Part shown: piece by piece, positions 49,078 through 61,384 of the stretch
How the letters are laid out: each line of letters begins with the position of its first letter
How positions within the stretch are numbered: the first letter of the stretch is position 1
Assembly: GCA_025594325.1 (NCBI GenBank)
Contig: JANHCV010000007.1
Coordinates: forward strand, 1-64,000
Length of the DNA stretch: 64,000 nucleotides
Direction of reading: 5' to 3'
Source: Blastocladiella emersonii ATCC 22665
Taxonomy: Eukaryota; Fungi; Blastocladiomycota
Position numbers and translations under genes: made by a program
The notes under the pieces: model-generated
Seen by the model: the letters and a program-made list of their open reading frames with translations, nothing else
Told to the model about the DNA's origin: nothing
The model's database searches: none

Positions 49078-49171
49078 TTTGTTGAATGCGTAATCTGTTT
49101 TGTTTCACACAGTCGATGGCACCCGTAGACAGATGACTAGAATCGTATATACCGGATGGGAGCGAGTACGG

Positions 49172-50160
49172 TCACTCGTCGTCGCCCATCTCGTGGTCAG
49201 TCGGCTCAGTGGGCTCAAGGTCCTCGCCGTACTGCACTGCATGGTCAATCTGCATCAACAACGCTTCGACAGAGTCCTCGTCCGTGATGTCAAGCGGGAT
49301 GAACGAGACCATGCTGTACGAATCAATCTACACACGATTTGGCCACACGCGTCAGGATGGCGTATTGGCCCCGTGGGCGGGAGGCTGAACGGCGGACGAA
49401 CCAGATGCGATACGGCCTGGTTGAGGCCCTTCCACTTGTTGGAGGCCCACTTGCCCTCGCCCTGCGCCCACTCGTCCATGAGTGACGGGTCGGGCCAGAG
49501 GTAGCGGTCGAGGCTACGCAGATGGAACGGCCAATGTCAGCAGCCATTCGGCTAACCGGATCAGCTTGCGGGCGGGTCCGGGTTCACGTACTGCGCGGGG
49601 TTGACCTGGTCCTTGATGAGATCCACCTTGGTCAGGACATTGACGTGCGGAATTTCGAGCTGGATCATGGCCGACATGGCCGAAAGGCAGCCCGAGAAGA
49701 ACTTGAAGGGGTCCGTGATGAAGGTGGCCTCCATGCAGTACACGCCGCAGATGGTGAAGCCCTTGGACGTGAGGTGCTGCACAATGGCGCGCATGATCGG
49801 GAAGTGCGTGTAGAGCTCGATTTGGCCGGGGCAGTCGATAATCCAGTAGTCGTCGGCCTCGACGGCCGTCTCGTCGATGGCAAGAGCATCGTCAAGCCAG
49901 TCCATGTTCTCGACGAGGTACTCCATGCAGTATACGAGGCCGCCGTTCGGGCCGTAGCCAAGCTCCTCGGCCACGTCCTCGAGCGTGACCAGATCGCGCA
50001 CGTCCGCGTAGGGCTCGTACTCGAAGTGCTCGGCGGCCGGGTCCAGGTTCAGCAGCTTGGCGGACCGGTTGGCCGCCTGCAGGTGTGTCATCAGAGTCGA
50101 GCAGTACGTCGACTTGCCCGTGCCCGCAGGGCCCATGACGAGCTGGCACTTGCGACCCAT
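49172..50160 (-). CDS. GPN3: GPN-loop GTPase 3
   Basis: MGRKCQLVMGPAGTGKSTYC, NLDPAAE, GPNGGL, DCPGQIELYTH, NVLTKVDL. Spliced C-terminus IDSYSMVSFIPLD..IDHAVQYGEDLE. Confidence 0.9.
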
Positions 50161-50452
50161 GTTTCTGTCGTAGGGCTGTGCTTGAGGGTGATGGGTGTGG
50201 CTGAGACGGTACAGGCAGGCCGACGGTTCAGCAGGCAGCTCCTCGATACGTTGCAGTAAGTGAGGGTTCGCAGATAGCCTGCGGTCGGGCCGGCCGCTGC
50301 GTCGAAGGGAGGAAGGACATGGACTGCCGGCAGGGTCGACCGGCGGAGCGACCAGCCGACAAGCCAGCCGAGCGACCAACTGCTCGGTCAGCTGTCGCCT
50401 TCTCTCGCTCCCGCACCCTCCAAGGCCTACGAAAGTAATCACGACGAAGCTA

Positions 50453-52174
50453 ATGCAACCTGAAGATCTCATGGGCGACGACGACACAGCGGCCCCGCTT
50501 CGCAAAAGTCGTCCCGCCCCGGCCGCATCCACCTCGCGAGCAGGTGCTGCTGAGCCAGGACCCGTTGGCGACCCTGTTGATGGACAGCCAGCAAGCAGCA
50601 CCTTGACTCGCGAGCATTACACGACATTGCGCTATTGGTATGCCCTTGCGTTTGCCCTTGCAACTGCTCGCGAGTGACTGACCGAGAGGCTCGCGCCGGC
50701 GGAACTTAGGCTTGGAGCGACTTCCCCGGACCCGGCCGTCATCTGGGAGGACATCTACGGTTGTACCAAACCAATCAAATTACCAGCCGGCGGTGCCGCT
50801 CTGCCCGTCCCTTCCTCGTCCGAGTTTGAGCAAACTGCCAACTCGGCCCAGCTTACGCACTGCCCGCTGAGTCGAATTCTCGTGCAACGCGGCCCGCCCG
50901 GAAGCCCACTCAACGTGTTCATGGTCGGCGTTGTCACGAAGCTGGACGTTGTGGCGAAGCAGGCTCGGGGCTTCTCGCTCTTCCGCCTCGCCAATCCCGG
51001 CGATTCCAACGTCACGGACGTTCCTTTTATCTATGTCTTTATTACCTCGAAAGCAGCGCTCAAAATCGATGTGGGCGACCTCGTTGTCGTTCGACTTCCG
51101 ACCCGCCTCCGTGCCACCGACGTATGATCCCAGCTTGTCGACGCAGATGCTTACCAACGGCTTACTCACCCGTACCACCACGCGCTTGTAGCTTGACGCA
51201 CCGCCAGCCGTGTCGATTCCGGCTCGCTCGCTCACCCGTCTGGGCAGGGCGGCCGACTGCCGCAAATGCAGCACCACTTCTTGCCACCAGCTTGTGCTCC
51301 AGCGCGAGGCTCTCCTCGACGACTGTCTCCGAAACCCCGATTCTGCTCAAAGCGCAAGGCCGCCGCGTTGTGAGTTTCATGAGATTGAGCGAGTCCATCG
51401 ATCGCTTCACAAGCGTCTCGAGCTTTCCAACTGCAACACTGCTCCATTTCGCGTGACTAATATGCTCAGTTTGGCGGCCCAGTCCAACTCGGCCGGAACC
51501 GCAACGGGTCACAAGTCTCAGCGCACCTTCAACAGCAGTAACTCGCGTGCAGGAGCGGCTGCGCGTGTGTCTGACATGCAGCGGCAGGCTGGGCTCGCCG
51601 ACCAACCAGTCAGCTACTTTCTTGGTAAAGAGCTCGTTTCCACTCACGTTGCCCCCGTGGCTGAGGTCAAGGCCAACCCGGAGCGTAAGCGTGTCATTGA
51701 GTATGGCCTGGCCCAGTCCGTGAACCTGGGCGGATCACAGCTAACTTGTTGGTGACTCCGCCCGTTTAGAGCTGTCATCGCCAACTGTGGAAGCGTTGGC
51801 GCCCAATACCTACGACGGTCCCGCAATATTGCCGAGGAGGCACTCCAGGGTACCAATCGATTTTGATCACCATCACTGATTTTGCCTTGCACTGACAATT
51901 CACGCACATGGCTCGCGTAGACGCGTCGCTGCATCAACAGAAGGTCGAGGAGCGCCAGCAACGCATTAACGACTACCGCATGACCCTGAAGCGGGCCTTC
52001 GACGAGCAAACCTCATCACGACAGGCCCTTCAGCAGGAGAAGCGCCAGCGTATCTACGTTCAGGCGTCATCAACCGCTGCTGAGTCTGCCGCTGTTCCGG
52101 CTCTCTCGCAACCGGCCCCTGGCAGTGATGCGACCGAGGACATGGTGGAGCTCTCGGATTCGGATTCAGATTAA
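50453..52174 (+). CDS. MCM10: MCM10-like replication initiation factor (multi-exon)
   Basis: OB-fold-like segment (NVFMVGVVTK..FSLFRL..YVFIT..IDVGDLVVV), then LGRAADCRKC..C..CEFH..RLEL (Mcm10-type CCCH finger), a later SVGAQYL block and an acidic end VELSDSDSD. Family assignment is by motif recall. Confidence 0.6.
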
Positions 52175-52665
52175 GTAATACGAGTTAACTTCGATCCAAC
52201 TAAAAACTTTGCTCTCCGACGCCGTATCCATCAGGGTAAACTTCAAACAGATGCGGTCGGCGGTCGGCGTGGCGTGGAATGTTGACGGCGTCCAACGCAC
52301 ACACTCTGGCCGTATACGCGGCACGTAGCGCTTATTGACGCCGCCGCGCCCATAGAGCTTCTAGGGCGCAGCGAGACGCGTGGGTCTGCAAAGCTTGTGG
52401 TCAGAGGGGGAGCACGACCGCCTCTTCGAGCGCTAGGGCGAGAGGTTGTCCCGGCCATGATCAATACGACCGTGAGCTGGTAAGCGCGGACCTCGATCAG
52501 GCAGTGGCGGATCTCTAAGGCCGCTCGTGGGTTGTCCGATGCAACGGGCTTGGTGGTGGCTATCGTCAAGAGCAGCGGACAGGAGTGTAAGTCACCGCCA
52601 TGCGACGCGGGCCTAGTCGCTGATACGGTCCACGAGGCCAAAGTACTATGGCCCTCTGACACGAC

Positions 52666-52726
52666 GATCCTGACTAAGGACCCTTCTTTTGAAAATTCGC
52701 CCAGGTGTGATCCTGACTAAGGACCC
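52666..52726. repeat. 18-bp perfect direct repeat flanking a 25-bp spacer
   Basis: GATCCTGACTAAGGACCC at 52666-52683 and 52709-52726. Confidence 0.9.
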
Positions 52727-52933
52727 GTTGATCACGCGTGTTGAGTCAGTTGCTCGCGGCGGGGGCCTTGGTCGCGGTACACTACTGCGTTCCTGCCACG
52801 CGCTAGTGGTCCAGGAACCCCTGTTGGCGGTCGCATACGGGGACAGCACCTCATGCCACTGAAGCACCATGAGTGAAGTAACCAAGTGTGATGAAGAAAT
52901 TCCAGTCATGCACCACGGTCTAGTAATTCTATT

Positions 52934-55090
52934 TCACGCGTCGTCATCTCCAAGGACCAGCCGGACATCGTCAACGCGTTCAAGGTCCATGAGAAACGGA
53001 ATGAGGTCCAGAAGCTCGGTGTCGTTGGGGTCATTGAACCAGGACGTGATGGGGATGGCGTTGCTGCGGTGGAAGAGGTACGACGCGGGCGAGTTGTCGA
53101 TGATGATCACGTTACGGAGATCACGGCCGAGCATGCTCAGGTCCTTGACGTAGTTGCCCTTGTGGTGCACGCACGACTCGCGGAACAGGCGGTGCTGGAC
53201 GACCTTGTACTTGTCGAGCATGTCGATGACGGGCTGGCCGTAGACGGCCAAACTGGCCGTGTGGATGACGGTCTCAAACTTTTCGCCGACCGCCTTCATG
53301 AAGGTGTCGAGGCCGGGCCGCTTGAGCACGTAGACGCTGTGCTCGATGCCGTCCAGCATGACCGGGATGATGATGTCGGCGTTGGGCGTAAGTTTGAAAG
53401 AGCTGTGGACAAGCGTCTCGTCGAGGTCCAGCACGAGGCACTTACGCCCAGCGTGCTCGGGGGCCAGCGGCGGAAGCAGCGGCTTGGCCGTGGCAGCGTG
53501 CTGCTGCGTCGCGGCGCCCGCCCGGGAAGCGGTGCTGTTGGTATTGTTTCTCCGCCAGGATGGGACGTGGAGGAGGGAGCTGAGAGTAGTAGAATGGGTT
53601 TGGGTGGTGGTCGGCGTGGGCTGGACCTGGGTAATGATGCTGCTGGCGAGGAAGGTCGATGGAGGCGCTACCTGGTTGATGGGGCTGTTGAGCGGGCGGT
53701 CCAGGTCGTCGTCAGCTGCATCGGAGGCGTTGGTGCCGTTCCCGCCCGAGGCGCCGGCGCGGGACGCGTCTACGGGAGCGCCCGGGCCGCCGAGGTTGGT
53801 GATGATGGATGGTGGCTTCTTCCCATTACTGGATTTCCCGTTGGTGGAGGCTGTTGTCGAAGGCGACGCGGCGCCCTGCGACGAAGCCGGAGTCGTCGAC
53901 GTGGGTGGGCGGGCGGGCGCGGATTTGGAAGGGCTGGTGGCGGGCGAGACGGGTTTCGCGACGGCATCGCCGGGGGCGACGTGGGTGATGGGGCCCGCCA
54001 CCGACGAAGGAACGGCGGCGTAGTGCGGCGGGCTGGACGACGAAGACGCGCCGCCCGGCACCACGGCAACCCCGACGCCCGCATCGTCATCGGCGCCCGT
54101 ACTGGCTGGCCGGCCAGCGCCAGCCCCAATCGGAGGGCAGAGGCAGAAAGAGAGGCTGCGCCGCACAGCAGCACCCACCTTGGAGAAGATGCCCGAGGAT
54201 CGCTGGCGACCACCCGAACGGTGGGTCGCAGGGGCGTGGCTCGCGGCGACCGGCCCCTGAAGCGACAAGGGAGGGTGGGAAGGCGAGGTGGACGAGGCAT
54301 GGGGCACGAGTACCGGCCGTGTCGACGGGGTTTCACCGGAAGCGGGTGGTGGTGCCGCGGCAGCCTGCGGTTGTGCATGGTCCGAGGCACCAAGGTTGGT
54401 GAGGGGGTGCGGGTTGCCGGTGGGCGCAGCGCTCGAGGTGCTCGAGGAGTCGTCCGGGCCGGACAAGATGGCCTCGTGGGATCCGATAGGGGACATGACG
54501 ACAGGCGTGCCCGCGGGCGAGATGGAGCGAGGCGAAGCCGTCGGGGCAAGAGTGGAAGCGGACAGGGCAGCGGAGCCGGGCCCATGGTCGGCGTCGAGCG
54601 GCAGGCCGGCGGACCGAATTGCTGGCGGGGACAGCGGGATGGGTGCGGTCGGGTTCAAGCCAGCCTTCTCCGCGGGCGAGTCGGCCGGCGGAGACACGGA
54701 AGCGAGGGTAGTGGCGGGCGCATCGTAGGGAGCCGGGGAGGGAACGCCAGAGACGGGTAGCGCCGCCGTCATGGCGGGGATCGGTGGGGCAGCGGCCGGC
54801 AATGGAGGAGCAAGGCCGGCGGGCAGGAGGGAGGCCTTGTCAGGGAGGCGGACGGCAGGAGCGACAGTGCCGGCGGCGGCGGGGACGGCGAGCTCGGCCG
54901 ACGGGGCCTCGGAGATGCAGACCGTGTCCTGGCTCGCGGCGGAGAAGGGCGCGACGGCGGCGAGGGCGGCGATCGGGGCGGGGACGGCGGCGGCGGCCTT
55001 TTCCGGCGAGAGGGGCAGCGGGTGCACGGTGAGCGCGGAGGCGCCGAGGGTCGGCATAGAGATACCGAGATGCGCTGCGCAAAGTTGCAT
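52934..55090 (-). CDS. PSR1: FCP1/SCP-family HAD phosphatase (Psr1/CTDSP-like) with low-complexity N-terminus
   Basis: [72 protein letters not shown]. Intronless; start uncertain. Confidence 0.88.
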   Translation of the reverse strand: MQLCAAHLGISMPTLGASALTVHPLPLSPEKAAAAVPAPIAALAAVAPFSAASQDTVCISEAPSAELAVPAAAGTVAPAVRLPDKASLLPAGLAPPLPAAAPPIPAMTAALPVSGVPSPAPYDAPATTLASVSPPADSPAEKAGLNPTAPIPLSPPAIRSAGLPLDADHGPGSAALSASTLAPTASPRSISPAGTPVVMSPIGSHEAILSGPDDSSSTSSAAPTGNPHPLTNLGASDHAQPQAAAAPPPASGETPSTRPVLVPHASSTSPSHPPLSLQGPVAASHAPATHRSGGRQRSSGIFSKVGAAVRRSLSFCLCPPIGAGAGRPASTGADDDAGVGVAVVPGGASSSSSPPHYAAVPSSVAGPITHVAPGDAVAKPVSPATSPSKSAPARPPTSTTPASSQGAASPSTTASTNGKSSNGKKPPSIITNLGGPGAPVDASRAGASGGNGTNASDAADDDLDRPLNSPINQVAPPSTFLASSIITQVQPTPTTTQTHSTTLSSLLHVPSWRRNNTNSTASRAGAATQQHAATAKPLLPPLAPEHAGRKCLVLDLDETLVHSSFKLTPNADIIIPVMLDGIEHSVYVLKRPGLDTFMKAVGEKFETVIHTASLAVYGQPVIDMLDKYKVVQHRLFRESCVHHKGNYVKDLSMLGRDLRNVIIIDNSPASYLFHRSNAIPITSWFNDPNDTELLDLIPFLMDLERVDDVRLVLGDDDA

Positions 55091-55429
55091 GGAGCCTCGA
55101 GGGGCGGGCGGGGGGTTGCGGGCGCCGGCGGGGGCGGGCGGGCGGCGCGGCGAAGGGGGCGTGTCTGGGGGAGTGTGGCGGCGGCGCGGCGGCGACGTGG
55201 CGCCCGTCTCGCAGCCGGCGCGCCACAGTCACATGAGCCGCGCGCACCAGATGCACCCGCGCGGCGTCGCCACGCAGGCCGCCGTTGCCGCCAGAACCCC
55301 TGTGCCGCGGCTGCTGCCCGCGTCGGTGCTCTCCCCGCGCTGCCGCTCGCGAACAACACGGGCGGCTCTGTGGATGTGGACGGCGATTGTATCGCTCACC
55401 GTAGCAGTATATTGTGTGCAATTACATGT

Positions 55430-57731
55430 TCATGTGCGGTCGCGATCGATCAGCGCGTCCACCAGCGTGTCGAGATCCACGCCCTCGAGGTTTCCGTTGC
55501 TTGCTTCGAGCTGCTCGAGGCAGAGCCGCAGGAAGTCGTCGTCCACCGCGGGGTCGCCGCCGTCCTCGCTTGACTCGAGCGCCGCTGCCGCATCGAGGCC
55601 GCCCTTGGCCAGAGTCCACCATTCGGACATGTCCTCCTCGCCCTTGCCCGCCGAGTCGGCGCTCGCACTGCTCCCTTGCCGGAGGTGCCGACGCGCTGCA
55701 TGGTACAGGGCAAGCTGCTGGACAACTTGGCGGCTGTTGGGACCGGCTTCAGCGTTGAACCCCGGGAGCCCTGGGGCTTGGCCTGAAAGAGCGGACAGCG
55801 CGAAGTGGTCGAGCGCAAAGTTGCCCTCGTCCATGTCGTCGTCAAGGAGGGCATCACCTGCGACCTCGTTGGGGTCTGCTTCGTCGCCAAACTGCGCAGA
55901 GTCGTAGTGGTCGGGGTCGCGGAACCCAAAGTTGAGGGCACCGGGCGTTGCCAGGGAGTTGAACACAAACGACAGGAACTCGGGATCGTCGGCAACCTCC
56001 TCGCCATTGTCGCGCGGCTCGGGCTCAGATGGGGACCGGTAGCTGGAGAAAAGCTGGGCAACCTTGTCCATGGCCGCGACCGGCCGATCAACTGCCCGGA
56101 AATCATTGAGCCGTGCGCTCATCGTGAAGCGGAACCCGGCGTCCATTGGGTTTTCGTACGCGAACCGGAACAGCGAGAGCGCCGCGGGGGCACGGTGGAG
56201 CGGCCGGACCGTCTCAAACGCCAGCCGCACGTGGTACGGGGCGGACCCCTGCAGCAATGCGTTGGCCTTGAACTGCGCGATACGAGGGTTCGGGTCCAGC
56301 GGGTACGTGCGGACGAGATCGGCGGCCCGCGGGTCGTTGAGGAAGATTGCAAGCTCCGCCGCATCCACTCCTGCGTAGTGGTCAAGGACAACGCTAAAGA
56401 AGGCTTGCCAATCGTTGATGGGCGAGAGCGGAATCTGGCGAAGCTCCCGCAGCATGAGCCCCATGTCTCCGTGGTCGCGCTCGTAAAGTCGCAGGGTTCT
56501 CGGGTACGCTGCACACAAGAAATTGGCCATTTCGGTTGCGCTGCTGAACGCTTCGAAGAATCCGCTCAGCAGAGAAGCCATGCAGAGAGGATTCCACCCG
56601 GCCGCGGCGCGAGCAACTGCTGTGAAGTGCGATGTGAGCGATTGATCAAATGAACCGGAACCCCACGGGTCAGTGAAGCGCGCTTCTTGGACAGAAAGCG
56701 CCGCAATGGTCGGGTCCGACTCGACCGGCATGCTAGCAACTCGCGCAAGGGTGGCTGCAAGTTCCCCGACAAGGACGAGGTCGCTTGGCTTGTTGCAAGG
56801 ACCAACCATCCACGCTATGCACGCAAGATCGGACTCGGAGCTGCCGCCGGGGACTCCGCCAGTCCAGTTAAGCAGCGCACGGGCAAAGATCGGAAGCGGG
56901 AAGGCAGACCGGAGTTGAGGCAGAATAACGGACGCGCACACCTCGGGGTATGCCATGATTGCGGTGATCATGGCGTAGGCCGACTGCAAGAGCTCCTCGA
57001 CCTCGGTGGCCGACCAATCATCATGCTCCTCGTTGAAGAACGAGTACAGGGCCACGTCCACTTCTACAGGTGGCAGGACAGTCAGTGGATGGCGACTGCC
57101 GTATCAAGGAAGGTGGCAGCGGACCTGTGCCAATATGATGTATCAGCATCTGGTCGGTTTCGTCAAACTCGTAACCGTCGAGAGTCCCTTTGAATGAGAG
57201 AAGCCCTTCCGCAAGCTGCTCGAGGCATGCCGCGACGCGCGGGGACTTTGCCTCGCACAACTCTAGCGGGATAGAACTACCGAGCCCGAATTCGTCTTCG
57301 GCCGCGCTCGTGGCGAAAAGCTGGTCCGTCTCGTGGTCAAAGAGCTCGGCCTGCATGCCTTCAGCGGCGTCGATAAGTTCGTCGTCAGATACATGGTCTT
57401 CACCGCCTGTAATGCGGCTAGTCATTGGGTTCATGGTGGGTTTGCGTCGAGTGCTGTAGCCTGCCAGAGCGGAGGTGGCGGCAGCGGGTCGAGCTGGCAC
57501 GGCGCCCTCGCGGCGCAGCTCAGCGACTTGGCCGGCCGGCGCGTCACCTGACATATCAGATGATTTCGCGACGCGTGCCCCGACCGAAGAAGCACCCACC
57601 TCGATGACAAAGGCAACCAATGCTGCGGGCTGCATAGATTCACGCCGAGTATGAGAAAAATCTTGAGCGGGACTTGAGGCGAGGGCCAAAAGGGAGCGTA
57701 ACAACGGCTCCAGTACCATTCCATAGTACAT
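55430..57731 (-). CDS. Hypothetical protein, no recognised domain
   Basis: Intron 57064-57124 (GTCCGC..ACTGAC..TAG) joins ORF 57021..57887 to the 543-aa ORF in frame (IGT-E-VDVALY). Composition is protein-like; start uncertain. Confidence 0.65.
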
Positions 57732-59480
57732 CAACCAATACACGAGCGAGCGGAGAGATGGGGGTCGAAGGAGAACGAGTACGAGCAAATGAGAGTTGAG
57801 TACGAACGAGAGAAAAGGAGTCGAGTGCGAGCGAATGGGAAGGATAACAAGTAAAGGGAAGAGAAAGGTCGCGAATCCTAGCGGCACGGTCCTCGGTCAG
57901 CGCGCCCAGCGCCGGCACGGTGTTGATGATGATGATGATGTCGTTGTTGCTCTCGAGCTGTTATGGTGGTGTTGAGGTTGTTGAACTTGCGGAAGCGTGG
58001 ATGCAGTTGCAGTCGAGCTCGAAGTGGTGCAGGTGCCGGTGCCGGTGGTGGTGCGGGTGTGCATGGGGTGGGGTGCGGGTGTGAGGAGAGGGAGTGAGGA
58101 AAATGTTGACGAGGCGGGCGCGCTGACCGAGCAGGCTGAGTGTTGAGGGTGTTGAGGGTGTTGAGGTGTTGAACTCGAGGGTGTTGATGCTTGGGGTTGT
58201 CGATGCTTGAGTGTTGATGAACCGACCGGCCTACACGCGCGCGGATCAGGTCAGTCAACGGGCCGACGATGCGTGAGCGAAGCGAGAGAGTGTGGACATA
58301 CACTGCATGTGCGGGTCGTAGTCGACGCCGTCGCGACCACGCGCACCCATCGATCGGGGCACGCACGGATATCGCGCGGCTGGCCAACCTCGCTTGAGCG
58401 AGTGGCCGAAAACCGGCCTCCGGCCTACACGGTGCGAGCGCAAACGAGTCAGTCAACCGGATCAGGCGAGGGAGGCCAAGGAGAAGAAGGCAGAAGACGT
58501 ACGCCTACAGCGCGGGGCGGGCTCTGCCGCTACGCGCACCTCAACTGGGCGCGCGGTCTCTGCGGCTTACCACCTCGCGCCTTGCGCGCGAGGGGCCAGG
58601 GGGCTGGGCCGGGCCTACACGGAACATACACACGCGCGCGAGTTAGTCACGGAGATCGATCGTCGATACGCGCAAAAGTGCCGAGGACGTACGCTTTGCG
58701 CGCGGCCGAACCCACTGGTCTTGTGCCCCGCGCGTGCAGCAGAGCGCGGGTCCACCGGTTCGCAGCACCGGCCTCTCACGGGCCAGGCGCGACACCGGGC
58801 CACGCACGCTCGCGCATCAAACGCGGGACTTTTTTTTCTTGCCTCGCCCGCACACCCGAATATGGCCTCGAAGAGGCCCTCGTGGCGTGCGGCGCTGAGG
58901 CCCCGGTCCGACCCCGGTCGCGATCCGCTCGGTCGCACCGTCGCGACACACACTCGCACTCTTGGCGAGCGGCGCGGCGGTGCGGCCACGCTCCTTGGCG
59001 CGGCTGTCGGCGGAAGGGGACCCGTGTGGACGGCGGCCGCGGCGCCCCCGCGAGGGAACGCGCCGCAAGGGCCGCCGTGGTCGAACCGGAATACTTGCGG
59101 CCGCTGTGCGTGCCGGGCACTATTGGCCCGCAACACGCTCTGCTGGCCGCTCACCGTAGTTGTAGTGGTGTCGATGAGCTGGTGGTGGTGGTGGTGGTGG
59201 TGGTGGTGGTGCCTTCCGAGGTGAGCCGTCAAGGCTGCCGGTGGTGGCAGCCTGCGACTCGACCTGGATGGCGAGGGTCCCCGGGCAGTAGCACGCGCGA
59301 AATGCTCGCGGCGGCGGCGAGCGGCTCGAGTGAACCACCCACACACACGCGTACGCGAGCAAGTGCGGTACCCGCTACCCGAGGCGACGTGCCGAGGGAA
59401 CCGCCGTCGCGGCGCGCTTGACTTGACTTGAGGAGCAGGCCGCGGAGCGAGCGCGTTGGGGTCGTACTCGCTGCGGCCTC

Positions 59481-60656
59481 TCAGCGCGCGACGGCGGATG
59501 TCGGGACGTCGTAGCTAACCGTGACGGGCTGGACCGCGTACAGCTGGGGCGAGGAGAAGGAACTCGAGAACTCGGGCTGGGAGCCCTCGAGGTCGTCGTC
59601 TCTCGCGCGAGCTGCTTGAGGGTCGGGACCGAGGAGGAGGCGTGGCGGCGACGCAGAAAAGGGTCGGGTGCGTCGCCGCGCCTCGGTCCACGCGGTAGAG
59701 CCGGTCGGGCACGCCGGCGCGCGGGCCACTGTGATCGGTGACAGCGACGTTGCGAGACCGGGACAGCGAGGAAGCGTGGGGAGCGGGCGCCCGTCGGCCT
59801 GCGGGGTGCAGGCGACACGGCAACCCGGACCCTTCTTCATCACCGTCCCTTGCCCGTCTGTGGGGCGTGGTCTCGCGCGGAAGCCGTCGGACCCGCGAGT
59901 ACCGGAGGTGCTGAATGAACGTGGTGGTGGGGCAATCGAGTCGAGCTGCGTGATCTGGCGCGAGCTCGGCGGTACTCGATGGCGGCCGTGGCGGTCGCGA
60001 CGGCAGCGGCGGCAAACGTGGGGCCGCCGCGCGTCGGACGCGCGCGTGTGTGGACCGCGCGACAGGATCGGGTGCGAGGAGGCGATGGGCGAGCGAGCGA
60101 ACCGCGGGACGTGGCGGCGCTGCTGGTGCCGTTGACTCGCGCGCGGGATCGGGATCGGGAACTGGTCGTAGTAGTAGTATCGCGACCGGTGGTGTCGACC
60201 GTCTTGCCAGCGAGCCTGGCTGGCAAGTGCGTGCGAAGAAATGGACCGGTAGCGGCGCCCCGCGGGGCTGGCCGACTCGAGAAAGGGCACGAGTGCGGCT
60301 GTGGCTGCGGGTGGCGGGAAGCAGTCTCGAGCGTGTGACGCTGGGCGGTCGACGCGAGAGAAGGTTTGCGGGGGCGTAAGCGCGTCGTCCAGCGCGATGA
60401 TCTTGGTAGTTGGACGAGAGCCGCCGATCTGCTCCTGGTACGAGTACAGGTACTGGCCGAGGAACGAGGTGGCGAGCAGGTGCGGCGGACTTGGTGGTGG
60501 TGGTGGTGAGACGCCGGCCGTGGCCGAGCGGCGACAGGTCGTCGCGGCTGCGGGACGCGTCTTGAGAACGACGCGAGCGTGACCATGGTCATGGCCATCG
60601 TGGTAGTGCGCGGGTACTGGGCGCGGTCTCGGCGAGCGAGATCTGGAACACGTCAA
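59481..60656 (-). CDS. Possible low-complexity hypothetical protein
   Basis: 391-aa Pro/Arg/Ser-rich ORF with no motif. In this GC-rich DNA it could be a chance ORF. Confidence 0.25.
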   Translation of the reverse strand: MTCSRSRSPRPRPVPAHYHDGHDHGHARVVLKTRPAAATTCRRSATAGVSPPPPPSPPHLLATSFLGQYLYSYQEQIGGSRPTTKIIALDDALTPPQTFSRVDRPASHARDCFPPPAATAALVPFLESASPAGRRYRSISSHALASQARWQDGRHHRSRYYYYDQFPIPIPRASQRHQQRRHVPRFARSPIASSHPILSRGPHTRASDARRPHVCRRCRRDRHGRHRVPPSSRQITQLDSIAPPPRSFSTSGTRGSDGFRARPRPTDGQGTVMKKGPGCRVACTPQADGRPLPTLPRCPGLATSLSPITVARAPACPTGSTAWTEARRRTRPFSASPPRLLLGPDPQAARARDDDLEGSQPEFSSSFSSPQLYAVQPVTVSYDVPTSAVAR

Positions 60657-61384
60657 ATGACGCGCTCAGCAAAGAAACTACAGCCGAGGCGGGACGAGGT
60701 GGGTCAGACGCGGTCCTTTCTCGCGGAAACACGTCGAGCCGTACCGTTGAGCGGGGTCTCCAAATTGAGGAACACCCGCGGTCGTCATGGACGTGAACGT
60801 GAAGAAGAAGAAGCAGATGCCGGCGCCTTGAGAAAAGCGCGCGGATGTACGACAAAAGGCGAGAACTGGTCATTCCCCACTGGCTTGGCATCGCGCACAG
60901 GGTGCCGAGGTCTAGGCGGTGCTCGCGCTCCGAGGCGCAGTCAGCGTCCACGGCTGCTGGGCCTCGCGATCGTCATGTGTCCCGCTCGGAAATGAGCATG
61001 CGGGGCGATCGAGTAGTGGTAGTAGTAGTAGAGCGGTGCGAGCGCTGTGTCGATGCCGTCCTTGTCAGTGAATCGTGGACCAGAGTGATTTGGGCCTTGG
61101 TCGTGTTGGCGGGTCGCGATGGACTCGCGCGCGGCGGTAGTGGGCGCCAGCGACGAGTCGGTGCGGGAGATCGCTCGGTCAGGTTGATCAGGTCGACCGA
61201 GTAGACGGATGGTCGGTCGTGGCGAAAGCGCGCCGCGACGTGGCGGGCCGGCCGGTTGCCGTGTACCGTGGGTGGGTGATGTGGTGGAACCGGGTGCGGC
61301 CGCGGATGGGTCGAAAATGAAAAGAACAATACACGGGCATCGAGGTGCGTCTTGCACTCTACACGGGCGACGCGACGCGACGAG

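Noticed and set aside
49522-50259. 245-aa plus-strand ORF
   Set aside because: Antisense shadow of GPN3 caused by high GC3.
53069-55907. 563-aa and 378-aa plus-strand ORFs
   Set aside because: Antisense shadows of the PSR1-like gene and its neighbour; Arg/Gly-rich with no domain.
58207-59421. 404-aa and overlapping ORFs as a gene
   Set aside because: Several equally long frames on both strands, triplet-repeat driven, with no splice or motif support.
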